This document shows, in pieces, positions 1 to 11,055 of a DNA stretch of 64,000 nucleotides. Below the pieces are notes generated by a model that saw only the letters and a program-made list of their open reading frames with translations, was not told the origin of the DNA and did not search any database. A program made the position numbers and the translations under genes. Positions within the stretch are counted from its first letter, which is position 1; every line of letters starts with the position of its first letter. This DNA comes from Hyaloraphidium curvatum SAG 235-1 (Eukaryota; Fungi; Monoblepharomycota), in contig JAIVFI010000006.1 in NCBI GenBank assembly GCA_025558095.1, positions 124,001-188,000 on the forward strand, written 5' to 3'.

Positions 1-825
1 AATCGGACTGCGTGCGCTTCGGGACCGGCGCAGGGGACGCGGTGATGTCCTGCCAATTCGTCGACGACATCATCATCGGCATCATGATCGAAGCCATTGA
101 TGGTCCTTCACACACAGTGGGGAACGCGGGGCCGGTGTACATGCGCGGGGGCGACCCGGCACATGGGTACTTTCTTCCCCTCACCGGCTCCATGCGATTC
201 GACAGTGGTGAGATTTGTCCACAGCCAAACGACGAGGCATTGCTGATTTTCCTTCTCTGCGCATGGATTGCCAGCCGACATGGACGATCTAATGGCAAGA
301 AACATACTCGAGGACATAATTGTGCACGAAATGGGCCACATTCTCGGCTTCGGCAGCCTCTGGATCTACTCCGTTCTGCTCTCGCCATCCAACTGCGTTG
401 CACTTGTGGCAGCCGGCAACACAGTATCCGGGGCGCGGTTCCTCGGCGCCCAGGCTAACTCTACCTTGCCTGCGGTTGATCCGAACAACTACTTGGGGCT
501 AACCTACGTGCCGGTTGAGGACGGCGGAGGCAACGGGACGTCCTGCACGCATTGGAAGGAATCCGTGTTCAAGAAGGAGCTCATGACGGGCTGGCTTCCG
601 AACGGCGGTGGCACCCCGCTCAGCCTCACGACCGTCATGAGCCTCGCCGACTTGGGGTACGGCGTTAACACCGCCAGCCCCTACATCAGCCTGACTTTCG
701 ACCTCGGGGACCCGACCATGACGCCTGATCACCGGCGGCGGGCCGTAATGGAGGAGGGCGGTGTGTGGCTCACTGGATGCACCGATGTCTTTGGTCCGCC
801 AGTGGTGGTCCCCATGCCCGAATGA
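1..825 (+). CDS. Leishmanolysin-like (peptidase M8) zinc metalloprotease, 5'-truncated by the window edge
   Basis: HEMGHILGFG zincin motif, then VPVEDGGGNGTSCTHWKE and ELMTG (third His and Met-turn region). Intron 208-274 (GTGAG...CCAG) joins ...MRFDS to ADMDDL. Confidence 0.8.
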
Positions 826-1904
826 GCCCGCTGTATACAAACGATGTAAAGCAAGCCATCATCACTGCCAACGAGCTATTGGCAGCGATCCCGCAGCGCG
901 CCGCGTCGCACCGTTCGTTCCTGTCCGGACGGCAGGTCTCACCCAAGGGGTATCAAATCGGCAAGGGGAGGTGTCCGTCCCCGTCCCGTGCTGCGACACA
1001 CAAAGGTCCCGCCCGGCGATGCGACGTAGGCAATGCGAGAGAACCGATCGTTGGCGGCATACACCGGCAGCGACCCCGCAGCCCGCCGCATCGCCCCGTC
1101 CTTCCCGGTCCGCACCGCACGGCGACGGGGCGCGGGCCGTACCCGAAGTTGTACCTCCCCCAGTACAGCGGCGGTCCCAGCTTCCGTCCGGTCGCGCCCA
1201 GGCCTTTCCGGTGCTCGAAATGCAGATTCGGCCCGGAGGGTGCGTGGGGCACTACAGGCAGGTGGCTTCCCCTGCAGTCCATCATGGCACCCGGCCCGCG
1301 CAGAGCTGGATCAAGAGGACGTCGAAAGTGATGCCGAGAAGCATCATTATTTGGCGCCCCGCTGCCAGCGCTTCGAGGCTCCCTCTTTGGACACCAGGTC
1401 CGTCCGGCCTTGGGGGAGTCGATTCGCAATGACGCGGTGCGCAACGGAAAGCTGCGCACCAGCGTTATGCAATGGTCCCGGCATTCGGCGGAGGTGCTCG
1501 CCGGCGGCTGCCGCGCCTCATCAACCCTGGGATCGACCAGCCGCGGACACGGGTGCGCCTGACTGCCCTTCGGCCCAGCGCCGGCCCCGGCGTTGGCCCC
1601 CACGCGGCGCTGCCACAGCGATCTCAAAATCACAGCACCGAAGGCTTCGATTCGGGGAAGCCGCGGCTGCGCCTCGTCGGCGGCCGGAACAGGGTGTCGG
1701 GTGGAACGGTGACGTGGCGCGACTCGAAGCGCGGCCGCACCCCCCTCCTCCCGCGGCGCGTCTCCGAATCGGCGAGAATCGCCACGCTAGCACGGCGATC
1801 TCTCGTCTTCGCCAGCAGCGCCGCGTGGCCCCCGTGAGCTGCGGTCGGTCGGACGACCGGGTGTCGCGGGAAGCCTCTCATCACCCATCAGCAGCTCCGC
1901 GCCT

Positions 1905-3042
1905 CTATATCCCCCCCACGACAAACTCGGCGCTCTTTGCGCTCCCCACGCTCCCCGCGCTCCCCGTACTCGCCGCGCTCCCCTTCCTCGCCCTCCTCCT
2001 CCCCTCGGCCCTCCCCGCCTGCTGTTCCTGCACGGCCGCGGGGGGGAGCGGCGCCTCGGGAAGCGAGCTGAGGTACACGTAGTACGGGATCCGCACGAAG
2101 CCAAGGGACATCCAGTCGTTCCTGTAGGAGCGCGAGAAGGAGGGGGGGAGGCGGTGTTCGAGGTACAGCCGGCGTTCGGGGGCGAGGTGGATGCCGTCGA
2201 ATGCGAACCAGGAGCTGTCCGGAACGGCGCGTGAGACGGGAGTGGAACGGCAAGGGGGGCGGACGACGCACGTCCAGAAGCTCCGCGCGGCCCAGCTGGT
2301 CCTGCGGAGGGGGTCGGGGTGCCCCGTGGGCGCGGCCAGGTGGGAGGTGTAGAAGTCGACGACGGCGAGGGTGCCGTGCGGGCGGAGGAGGGAGAGGGCG
2401 TGGTCGACGGCGGGGAATGGCGAGGGCATCATCGAGACTGGAACAAATGGGGGCGTCGGCTTCGACCGCAAAAGGACGCGGCATCCACTCACGCGAGTAG
2501 CTGAAGGTCACGAGCCCCGCGCGCCCCTGGCCGTCCCACCCGTCCGGCCGCCACACCGTCGCGTCGCCGCACACGACCTCGACGTTGTCCCAGCCCAGCT
2601 TGGCGAACCGCTCCCGCGCCACGTCGCACAGCGACGGCGTCAGGTCTACCAAATAGACTTTCTCGAACACGTCGGCAAGGTGCAGCCCCGGGCGCACCCT
2701 TTCCAATGCCGCGGCCATGGCCTCGACGTTGTACCCCGTGCCGCCGCCGAGGTCGATCCAGGTCGTCGTGCGCCCCTCCCCCGAATCGCGGCGGTGGAGC
2801 ACCGCCGCCACGGCCCTCTCCAGCATCTCCTCGCGGCCCTTCAGCAGCACCCCGCGCGTGGCGTCGTACGAGCCCGCCTGCGCCGCGTAGAACTCCTCCA
2901 GCGCCGCCTGGTGGCCCTTGAGCCCCTTGCGCTGGGGCGCGAACCGCGCGGAGAGCGACTCGGCGAGGGACCGCAGGCCGACGGCGCGGAGCAGCGGCAG
3001 CACGAGCACCGCCAAAACGAACGTCAGCGCGTGTCCGAGCAT
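1905..3042 (-). CDS. SAM-dependent methyltransferase, BtaB-like (N-terminal half of betaine lipid synthase BTA1)
   Basis: LEEFYAAQAGSYDATRGVLLKGREEML, WIDLGGGTGYN, VYLVDLTPSLCDVARERF, TFSYSLSMMP, VVDFY, WFAFDGI...RRLYLE, IPYYVY. Introns 2438-2492 and 2215-2271. Confidence 0.8.
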
Positions 3043-3246
3043 TCTCAACAGGGAAGGAGGGGTATCTGGGGCGGAATGGGCCTTCAGAAAAAGTCGGGTG
3101 CCGCCGGGAGGTTCTGAGAGGTCCGCACGGTGCGCTGTTCTGGCTCGTATCTGCGATCGACGCGATCAATCGCTGTTCCCCGGAGCTCATATCGAGCGAT
3201 TCAGGTTCCGCGGACTCTTCTCTGAGCTTCCCGAGTTGACGCTGAA

Positions 3247-3966
3247 ATGACCGCGGTGTACTCGTCCGTCACGGCGTTCCCGCCGGTGCCGCCGCCGCTC
3301 CCGGCGTCGCCCCTCCTCCCCGCCGCGGCCCGCGCCGTCACGCTCAACGGCACCGCCGTCGCCGCCGCGCTGCCCGCCGAGCCCGCGCTGCCCTCCGCCA
3401 AGCCCGCCGCCGCCGACGTGTCGTTCCTCGGCCAGATCGAGCTGCTCGGCCCCGACGCAGAGGCCGCCGCGGCGCTCGCGTTTCCTTCTGTGGCGCCCCG
3501 CACCCTCCCCGCCGGCGCCGCGGTCCCCATCGACTTCGCGGGGCAGAAGTGCACGCTGTACAGGATGTGCGACACCAACTTCCGCCTCGTCGTGCGGACC
3601 CCCGGCGGCACCCAAGCCGCGCTGGACGCCCTCAACGTAATCGGCACCGAAAGCGGCCTGAAGCGCCTCCGCTTCGTCGACGCCTCCCCCGCCTACGCCA
3701 AAATCTCCGTGCTCTCCGGCACCCCAGCCCCCTTCTCGGGCGTGTGGACGCCCAAGGCCCGCCCGGCCGTCGCCGAGCTGCCGCCGGGGAGGTTCACCGT
3801 CGGACGGTTCGGGGACGACCACGGCACGCCGCTGGTGGTGGGGAGGCCGACGGAGGGGGAGTACGAGGTGTTTTGCGCGGTGGGGGACGCGGAGAAGGTG
3901 TGGGCGGGGCTGGAGAAGGTGGAGGCGGTCGGCGCGGAGGCGTGGATCAAGTTCGTGGGGGTGTGA
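3247..3966 (+). CDS. Putative GcvT/sarcosine-oxidase-gamma-like folate-binding-fold protein
   Basis: Strong coding bias. ADVSFLGQIELLGPDA resembles the GCV_T DxSxxGxIExxGPDA motif, and GEYEVFCAVGDAEKVWAGL resembles GxEI...LW. Confidence 0.5.
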   Translation: MTAVYSSVTAFPPVPPPLPASPLLPAAARAVTLNGTAVAAALPAEPALPSAKPAAADVSFLGQIELLGPDAEAAAALAFPSVAPRTLPAGAAVPIDFAGQKCTLYRMCDTNFRLVVRTPGGTQAALDALNVIGTESGLKRLRFVDASPAYAKISVLSGTPAPFSGVWTPKARPAVAELPPGRFTVGRFGDDHGTPLVVGRPTEGEYEVFCAVGDAEKVWAGLEKVEAVGAEAWIKFVGV

Positions 3967-4904
3967 GGATGTGGGGATGGGTTTTGGGACCTTTGAGGCT
4001 GGCAACGATGGCGGAACCGCAGCAAGGCACACTCCGATATAGACTGTGGCACGACGGTGATAATGGCAAGGACTGCCGGACCGCCACCTCATCACGCCCT
4101 CCACCGCGACTGCCCAACGAGGCGCGGCCCAGCCCGGCACGACCGTCGCCGCAATGACGACGATTTTGCCGGCGCTGTTCCCCGCGCCGCTGCGGCCCTG
4201 CGCTCCCGGTCGGTGCCGGCCGCGGGTGGGGCGCCCCTCGGCCAAAGTGCCGGACGTGCCCCTGTGCCACCACGCCGACGAAGCGCAGCAGCTGCGGCCA
4301 AGCATCCCCGCCGGACGACGGAGATACCTGGGCTCGATTCCTGCCGCGCCGCTTCCCGCCATCGCGTCGGGACGCCGCCCCGCGCTCCACGGCCCGTCGA
4401 CCACTGCCTCGGGGCACACGAGGCGCGGCTCGCGCGGCTGGCACATCGCCGCGCTCGCGCGGTGATGGCCGCCTTTTTCCGAGCCGCGCCGCTCCGGCCT
4501 GAGCTCGTTCCCGGAACATGCCACGTCACCGTTCCCACCGGCGGCCAGGGCCGTCGGCGAGGCGCAGCCTGGGCGACCCATGCATCGCCGCATTGAAGCA
4601 GCGATAGTTGGTGTTGCTGGGGGCTTCGCCGTGTGGGGGAGCAAGGCTGAGTCCATGCACGGGCCGGCCCGAAGGGAACCGGCAACCCGCAAGTGCGCCG
4701 TGTCCTTGGACATTGCTTCGGAACAGGTGCTTTGGGACCCCCCAAAATTCATGCCTCATGCCTTTTGCAGAACCTTCAGATGCGTTCGATCTGGTTGCGC
4801 GCGTGGTGCGCGGCGAGTCGATGCATGGGAGACTGCCAAGGCGTCGCGCATTCCATCGAACTTCCACCGCCTTACGTCCCCCACACACCCACACACGGAG
4901 GCCG

Positions 4905-6353
4905 ATGGAGCGCCGCGACGAGCCCGCGCGCCCGCCCGGCCCTTTCGAGCCCACCGCGGCTGAGTGGAGCGCGCTGTTCCCGGCGCCGCCCGGTGCGCGC
5001 GACGAGTCGCGGCTGGAGCCGGGCGGGCCTTACCCGGCGCGCGACCCGCTGACGCGATCGGCGCTCTTCGCGGCCCTGCGCGGCCAGCGGCTGGCGGCGT
5101 TTGTCTCGCGCGGGCAGCTGCTGCTGGGCCCGGCCGCGGCGCACCAGGGCCGCAACGCGTCGGCACCGGCGCTGCTGAGCGTCGCGCTGCTCGGCCCGTT
5201 GTGGGTTTTCAACGGCGCCAGCACGCTGTTCCCGCGCGCGCAGCTCGCGGTCGCGACCGCCGTCAACGCCGCGTGGGTCGCGTTCGTGCTCGCCTCCAGC
5301 TGGGCCGCCGAGCTCGGCGTGAGGGGTCACACCTCGTCCAATCGCTCGGCGTTCATGGCCGCCGACATGTCGGCCACCCCGTACGCCGGCGTTGCGCGCT
5401 GGTGGGCCGTGGCCCCGCCGGGTGCGTCGGAGCTCACACGGCATACCCCCGGCGACCGCCTGTGCCCGTGCTGCGCGTGCGTGGGCGCTGTGCCGGACGG
5501 CGCCGCGGCAGAGGTCCTGGCGTGGACGGTGTTCAGCATGGCCCTGCTGAGCTTCCTCCAGACCGCCATGGTCTGGACCCCGATCGTCACGTTCGCGGCG
5601 CGGACGTGGTCGACGCCCTGGAGCGCCTTCCTCGCTGCCGCGTTCCTCGTCACGAAAGAGGCCTACCATCTGGTGCAGCACCTCCCCTACAATGCCCTGT
5701 CGCACCCACCCCTCGAGATCCCCAAGCGGCTGCGCCACCGCGCCGTGCTCCTCACCCTGCGCGATCTTGTCTCGCGCCTGGAGCTCGAAGCGGCCTCCGC
5801 AAAGGCGCAATCGTGCTGCTGCGCCGGCGACCCGCCGACCCCGATCTCCGCCGAGCCGTACGTGGCCCTCCACGCCGAGCTGCTGCGGTCTTGGGACGCC
5901 CAGATCCGCGGCGCCTTCCTCTCCCACGGCCTCCTCCTCACCTGGGGCCTCTTCACCGTCGTCCTGGGAGTCATATTTGCCTCGGCCGGCTCCTGCATCC
6001 CCGTCTGGATCCCGCTCTACCTCCTCGAGATCGTCCTCATCCTCCTCCGCAACCTCCTCCTCACGGCCGCCCTCAACTCGGGCGTCGCCAGCGTGCGCTC
6101 GCTCCTCTCGGACGCGTCCAAATCCCTCCTCCGGCTGCCCACACCCGCCGCGCGCCGCCACGCGGAGCTGCTCCGCGCCTACGCGGCCGACGATCCCCGC
6201 GGACGGTGGCTGGGCGTCCCGGTCGGGTACGGGTTCGCGCGCACCGCGGCCGCGTCGCTGTTCACCCTGGCGCTGGGGGCGTGGACCGTCGCGAGGGGTT
6301 TCGGCGTCGCCATCGTGCTGGAGAGCGCGTGCGGGGGGATGCCGGTCGGGTGA
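4905..6353 (+). CDS. 7-TM membrane protein, expanded family copy 1 (candidate GR-like/7TM ion channel)
   Basis: ATG 4905, intronless, about 7 hydrophobic segments. Shares EWxALxP, ARW, H-x6-CPCCAC, WTPIVT, RLRHRA, GSCIP and LGVPVGYG...SLFTLALGAW with four other loci in the window. Confidence 0.75.
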   Translation: MERRDEPARPPGPFEPTAAEWSALFPAPPGARDESRLEPGGPYPARDPLTRSALFAALRGQRLAAFVSRGQLLLGPAAAHQGRNASAPALLSVALLGPLWVFNGASTLFPRAQLAVATAVNAAWVAFVLASSWAAELGVRGHTSSNRSAFMAADMSATPYAGVARWWAVAPPGASELTRHTPGDRLCPCCACVGAVPDGAAAEVLAWTVFSMALLSFLQTAMVWTPIVTFAARTWSTPWSAFLAAAFLVTKEAYHLVQHLPYNALSHPPLEIPKRLRHRAVLLTLRDLVSRLELEAASAKAQSCCCAGDPPTPISAEPYVALHAELLRSWDAQIRGAFLSHGLLLTWGLFTVVLGVIFASAGSCIPVWIPLYLLEIVLILLRNLLLTAALNSGVASVRSLLSDASKSLLRLPTPAARRHAELLRAYAADDPRGRWLGVPVGYGFARTAAASLFTLALGAWTVARGFGVAIVLESACGGMPVG

Positions 6354-6608
6354 GGGGGACGCGGTACGTGCATCGCATTTGGAACGACGGACAATACAGA
6401 CGTTGGTCGGTCGTCGTCTTCCAGGCAGGGAGGCGTTCAAAGTCGCCGACCGGGCCAATCACCAACCGCCGTCCTCGTGGGCATGATCTGTAGATCTTGT
6501 TTGTCTCCATGATTCAGTGATCCTTATGTGCTGTACAGGTAGCTGCAGGAAGTGACTCGACCAACAGTCAGCGTTCGCCTCTGGGCTCTCGACGACCGCA
6601 ACCAAGCC

Positions 6609-7458
6609 ATGGACACCAAAGAACCCAACGAATTCAAGCTCGCCATCAACGGCATGCAGCTTCTGGTGCGGTCGCTGCGCGGGGGGGACGCTGGCGGCGC
6701 GAACATTTGTCCTGGTGCACGCCAACATCTCCGACCTCCGCTCCTGGGACACGACCGCACCGATCCTCGCCAACGACAGCTCTGTCCCCAGCGTCACGTG
6801 GTACTCGCGCTGCTACGCTTGGCCAAACGACCCCGTGCTCCCCGGCGCGGACGATCCCTGGGAAGCGCACGCCGACGACCTGGCCGCTCTGATCGAAGCC
6901 CTTTCGCTGGGCCCGGCCGTCATCGCGGGCAACTCGTCGGGGGCTTTCATCGCGCTGCTGCTCGCCCGCAGGAAGCCGGAGCTCGTGCGCGCCCTGGTGC
7001 TCGAGGAGCCGCCCGCGGTCCCGCTGTTGTCGGCCTTCATTCCCATCATTTCTTTCGGAGCGCGCGTCATCGGCCCCACCATCGACGCGTTCCGCCGCGG
7101 AGACGACCAAGCCGCGCTCCAGATCTTTGCCAGGGGCGTCTGCGGCGACGCGCACTTCGAGGCCCTGTCCGCCGAGCGCAGGCAGCAGATGCGGGACAAC
7201 CTGGCACCCCACAAGGCCGTGCTGCTGGGATCGGGCCTGCCCGACTTCTCCAAGGCCGATGCGAAAGCGATCGCCGCGCCGACGCTGCTCGTGACCGGAC
7301 AGCACACCGTGGCGGCGCACAGGCACGTCAACAGGAGGCTCGCCGAACTGATTCCTGGTGCAATGGAGGTGATCGTCGAGGGTGCTTCGCATCCGGTTCA
7401 TGAGGATAGGCCTTTGCTCGTCGGCAAGCTGATCCTTGGCTGGCTCGGCGAGGTGTGA
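6609..7458 (+). CDS. Alpha/beta hydrolase, apparently frameshifted at a G7 run (6681-6687)
   Basis: FVLVHANISDLRSW, nucleophile motif GNSSG, LVLEEPP, GASHPVHED. The N-terminus MDTKEPNEFKLAINGMQL lies in another frame and no AG acceptor bridges the two. Confidence 0.7.
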
Positions 7459-7586
7459 CGGACGTTGAGGGCAGGGAGGGAAGAAGTGCTGCTTCGAAAC
7501 GCAGTCTCGTCTTCTTTTCTGTGATGTAGGAAAAGAAATATCGTACTTCTCCGCTCCACCGGGCAAAGCCTGTCCGTCCGAGTCCT

Positions 7587-9166
7587 CTAAGCGTTGAAGT
7601 CGATGATCTGGGTGCAATCGGATAATCAGAGACGAGCTCAATTCCACTGCGAGCAAAACCAACCGCGCGACCGGCAACCTGGAAGCTGGAAAGAAAAAGG
7701 AGGTCAGCATCTGCAGTCATCATACGGAGAGAGCGTCCTCACTTCTTGAGCTTCTGCACCGCATTGTGAAAGTCCTTGAAGGGGAACACCTGGAGCGGGA
7801 TTGCCGGGAATCAGCAATGTCCGCCCGCTCTTTCGCCGGAAGCTAACCTCGAACACGGGCTTGACAAGACCGCGGGCGGCAAAAGCGAGGGCCTCGTCCG
7901 TCTCGGACATGCTGCCGACCATCGAGCCCCTGATCGTCAGCCGCTTCATGCACATGTACTAGAGACAAGGGAAAGTGATTAGCCTCCAGGCGCGCGGTAG
8001 GCCGAGATCAATCACGAACCATCGGGTCGGCGCCGGCAATGGTCGTCCCGGCCGTGGCTTCGCAAACAGAAAGTCAGTGATTCCCAACGACATTGAGCTC
8101 GCCGAAAACTCACGAAGGCCAACGCAGACCATGGTGCCGCCCTGGCGCAGGAAGAAAGGAGCGGGCTCGTAGGCGCTCTTGGTGCCTCCGGTCACGACGA
8201 CGGCGTGGGCACCGCCGCCCGTGACTTCCTGGACCTTGGCGGGGATGTCCTTGACCTCCTTGAAGTCGATGAAGACCTCGGCCCCGAGGCTCTTGCACAG
8301 CTCCTCCTTGTCCTTGCCACTGTCGATGGCAACGATGCGGCACCCGAGTATTTTCGCGTACTGCACGCCGAAGTGCCCCACGCCGCCGCCGGCGCCCGGA
8401 ATCACTACCCAATCTCCGGGTTTCGTTCCTGCCTTCTTAAGCGCGGCCCACACGGTGGCACCTATAATGAGTTAGGGGATTAGAACACCTCGCAGCCAAG
8501 TTGGAACTACCACACACCAGAGCACATAATCGGGCCAGCAATGAGGTCTGAAACGCCCTCCGGGATGCGAGTAGTGTAGCGGGCCGGGCTGACCAAGTAC
8601 TGAGCGTAGGAGCCGTTGACAATCACGCCCGTGGCGACGGCCTTGCTGCACGCGGTCTCCATGCCGTTCCTGCAGAATTCGCACACATGGCAGACGTCCA
8701 TGACGGGCTTGACCCCCGCCCGGTCGCCGACTTTCCACCCCTCGACGCCCTCGCCGACCTTCACGACGACACCCGCGCCCTCGTGTCCGGTGCAGTCGCA
8801 GCCCATGGGCATACCCCAGTCCTGGAGCATGACGTGCACATCCTGACGTTGGAAGCATCAGCGGAGCCTGAAACACGCGCTTCCGGACGGTCACCCACGC
8901 TGTGGCAAAGGCCGGTGCAGTTGAGACGGAGCAGCAGCTCGCCGGCCTTGGGCTCGGGGACGGGGTAGTTCTCCTCCGCGGTAATGACGAACTGCTCGCC
9001 CTTGGTGGTGCAAACACCAGCGCGGCCGACCTTCGGGATGGGGCCGTCGGCCGGAGGGGCTGCGGGCGACACGGTTGTAGCCCGAGAGAAGAGGACTCAT
9101 TGAGCGAGCCGGAAGCCCGAAAAGACGCGTCTAACGCGTACCAGGGGCCTGAGTCTGGTTGGGCAT
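7587..9166 (-). CDS. Zinc-dependent alcohol dehydrogenase (MDR family), multi-intron
   Basis: CTGLCHSD, GHEGAG, structural Zn site CHVCEFC...C, PIMCSG, GAGGGVG; ends VAGRAIIDFNA*. First intron 9060-9141. Confidence 0.92.
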
Positions 9167-9388
9167 CGTGCACCAGGAGCGATAGAAAGTCAAGTGCGAG
9201 AGAGGGCGCTCTGTGCGGAGTTGTTGTCGGGAGCGGCGGCAGCCACGGAACCCGCGCCGCCGACGAAAGTCGGCGATCGCGTCAAACTGTGGCAAACTTT
9301 CCCAGGACTCGTCAAGGAGCAAGATCATGCTCATCTATTCGGTCAGACTATTCCGCATGGGCACTTACTCCCGTTTGCGGCAGACAGC

Positions 9389-10924
9389 TCAGACCAGGGC
9401 AAAGAATCTCCACTTTGCCCCCTCGAACCGCAGCCACACAACAAAGAAGAGGCTTCCCATTGTCACGGCGAACCCGTAGATGCACATTGGCCACCAGTTC
9501 GTGGACAGTCGCTCTCCGTTGGGGCCAAACACGGTGTTGCTGTCGATCAGCGCCCCTCCGATGGGCGCACCGGCGAGCGTGCCGATAACGAAAGACGTGT
9601 AGACCATCCCCATCTTTCCTCCCAAGTTGTCGTTCCCGAGCACCTTGGCGATGCAGACCGGGTACAGGGATACGAATCCGCCCGTCATGAGCCCGTAGCT
9701 GATCGCAAAGGCGATGAGGGATCCGAACGACCTCGAGACGGGCAGGCAGAGGAAGAGCACCGCGCAGAGGACCTGCGAAACGGTCCACATGTTCAGCGGA
9801 CCGGTGTAGTCGCTGACGAGGGGGAGCAGAAAGCGGCCGACGGTCGAGCCGACGCTCATCATCGACGATGCCAGCGCCGCCTGCGAGCCGTTGAGGCCTA
9901 TGCTCGCGCCGAACTGGGCAAGAAAGATGTAGGGCAGGTAGAAGGCGAAGCACTGCAACAGGCCCATCGCCCAAAACGCATTGAACTGACGGCCTTTGAA
10001 GTAGCTCGGGTCAAAGAACGAGGTCAACTTGAACCGCACGTTTGGGTTTGGCTTCACGTTGAACGGTCGGACGAACCAGCCCGCAGCCATCCCGATGACA
10101 CCCGAAACCGCGCCGTTGATCCTCAGAGCATTGGCCCAGCCGAGCGAGGACAGCACGGCCTGCGTGTAGTTGGCCGCAACGAAGCCTCCGACTCCGGAGC
10201 CCATGATCGCAACGCCGACGCCGAGGCCTCGCCGTTTCACGAACCAGCCCGGTATGCCAGCCTGTGCCGGGAGGTACATGCCGGCCCACGCAACGCCGAC
10301 CATGAACCCCTGGGTGATATAGAGCACCCAAAGCGCGCTGGCGAACGAGGCAAGCATGTACGAGACGAGGAGAAGAAAGGAACCCCCCATTGCGACCGGG
10401 CGGAATCCATACTTGTTCATGAAGACCGACATGATCGGCCCGAACATGCCCCAGACGGCGCTCGCAATCGCCCCGATGAACGAGACGGCAAACGAAGAGC
10501 TGCCGGGAAAGGTGTCCGACAGAACAAAGTATCTCTGGTAAACCCCTATGGAATCGCGCAGCCCGATGGAGGAGAACGCGAGACAGAAGCCAGCAAAGAC
10601 GACAGTCCAAGCCTCGAGGCCACCATCGGGCGGCTTGGGTGGTTGCGGCGCCGAGGAGGCTTCCAAGTCCTTCGGGATCCCGACGCCGGTGTCGTCCTCG
10701 ATGACCAGAGCTTCGAGAGGATCCTTTGTGCCGCCCGTGCCCGAGGCTTTCGCAACGCCCACGCCGGTGTCGTCCTCTATGAGCAGGGTTTCAGGCGGCT
10801 CCTTCGATTTCGCCGCGTCCGAGTCCCGGGTCGTGTGCTCTTCCCGCGTCACGGTATCCCTGCCATCGTTCGAAAAGTCGCCGTCCAACGTGTCCGCCGC
10901 CGTTTTCGTCGGCGATTCTGCCAT
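9389..10924 (-). CDS. MFS monocarboxylate transporter (MCT/Mch-like)
   Basis: PPDGGLEAWTVV, KYGFRPV, WFVKRRGLGVGVAIMGSGVGG, about 12 TM, intronless. Confidence 0.9.
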   Translation of the reverse strand: MAESPTKTAADTLDGDFSNDGRDTVTREEHTTRDSDAAKSKEPPETLLIEDDTGVGVAKASGTGGTKDPLEALVIEDDTGVGIPKDLEASSAPQPPKPPDGGLEAWTVVFAGFCLAFSSIGLRDSIGVYQRYFVLSDTFPGSSSFAVSFIGAIASAVWGMFGPIMSVFMNKYGFRPVAMGGSFLLLVSYMLASFASALWVLYITQGFMVGVAWAGMYLPAQAGIPGWFVKRRGLGVGVAIMGSGVGGFVAANYTQAVLSSLGWANALRINGAVSGVIGMAAGWFVRPFNVKPNPNVRFKLTSFFDPSYFKGRQFNAFWAMGLLQCFAFYLPYIFLAQFGASIGLNGSQAALASSMMSVGSTVGRFLLPLVSDYTGPLNMWTVSQVLCAVLFLCLPVSRSFGSLIAFAISYGLMTGGFVSLYPVCIAKVLGNDNLGGKMGMVYTSFVIGTLAGAPIGGALIDSNTVFGPNGERLSTNWWPMCIYGFAVTMGSLFFVVWLRFEGAKWRFFALV

Positions 10925-11055
10925 GGCTGTGGCGTTCGCCGTTGTGGGAGGCAGAGCGGGGGCGGAATTGGACGAGGCGCAAAACCCGGACGAACCACGA
11001 ATCTTCAGAAGCGATTCGTCCGCGACAAAGGTCGCGTAGTGATCGCTACAAGAGA

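Noticed and set aside
826-1900. Several overlapping 200-350 aa ORFs; also considered as the missing BtaA domain
   Set aside because: Arg/Pro/Ala-rich GC-shadow translations with no recognisable motif; VDPRVD alone is not enough for DUF3419.
3187-4752. 521-aa minus-strand ORF
   Set aside because: Antisense to the 3247-3966 gene, low-complexity and without motifs.
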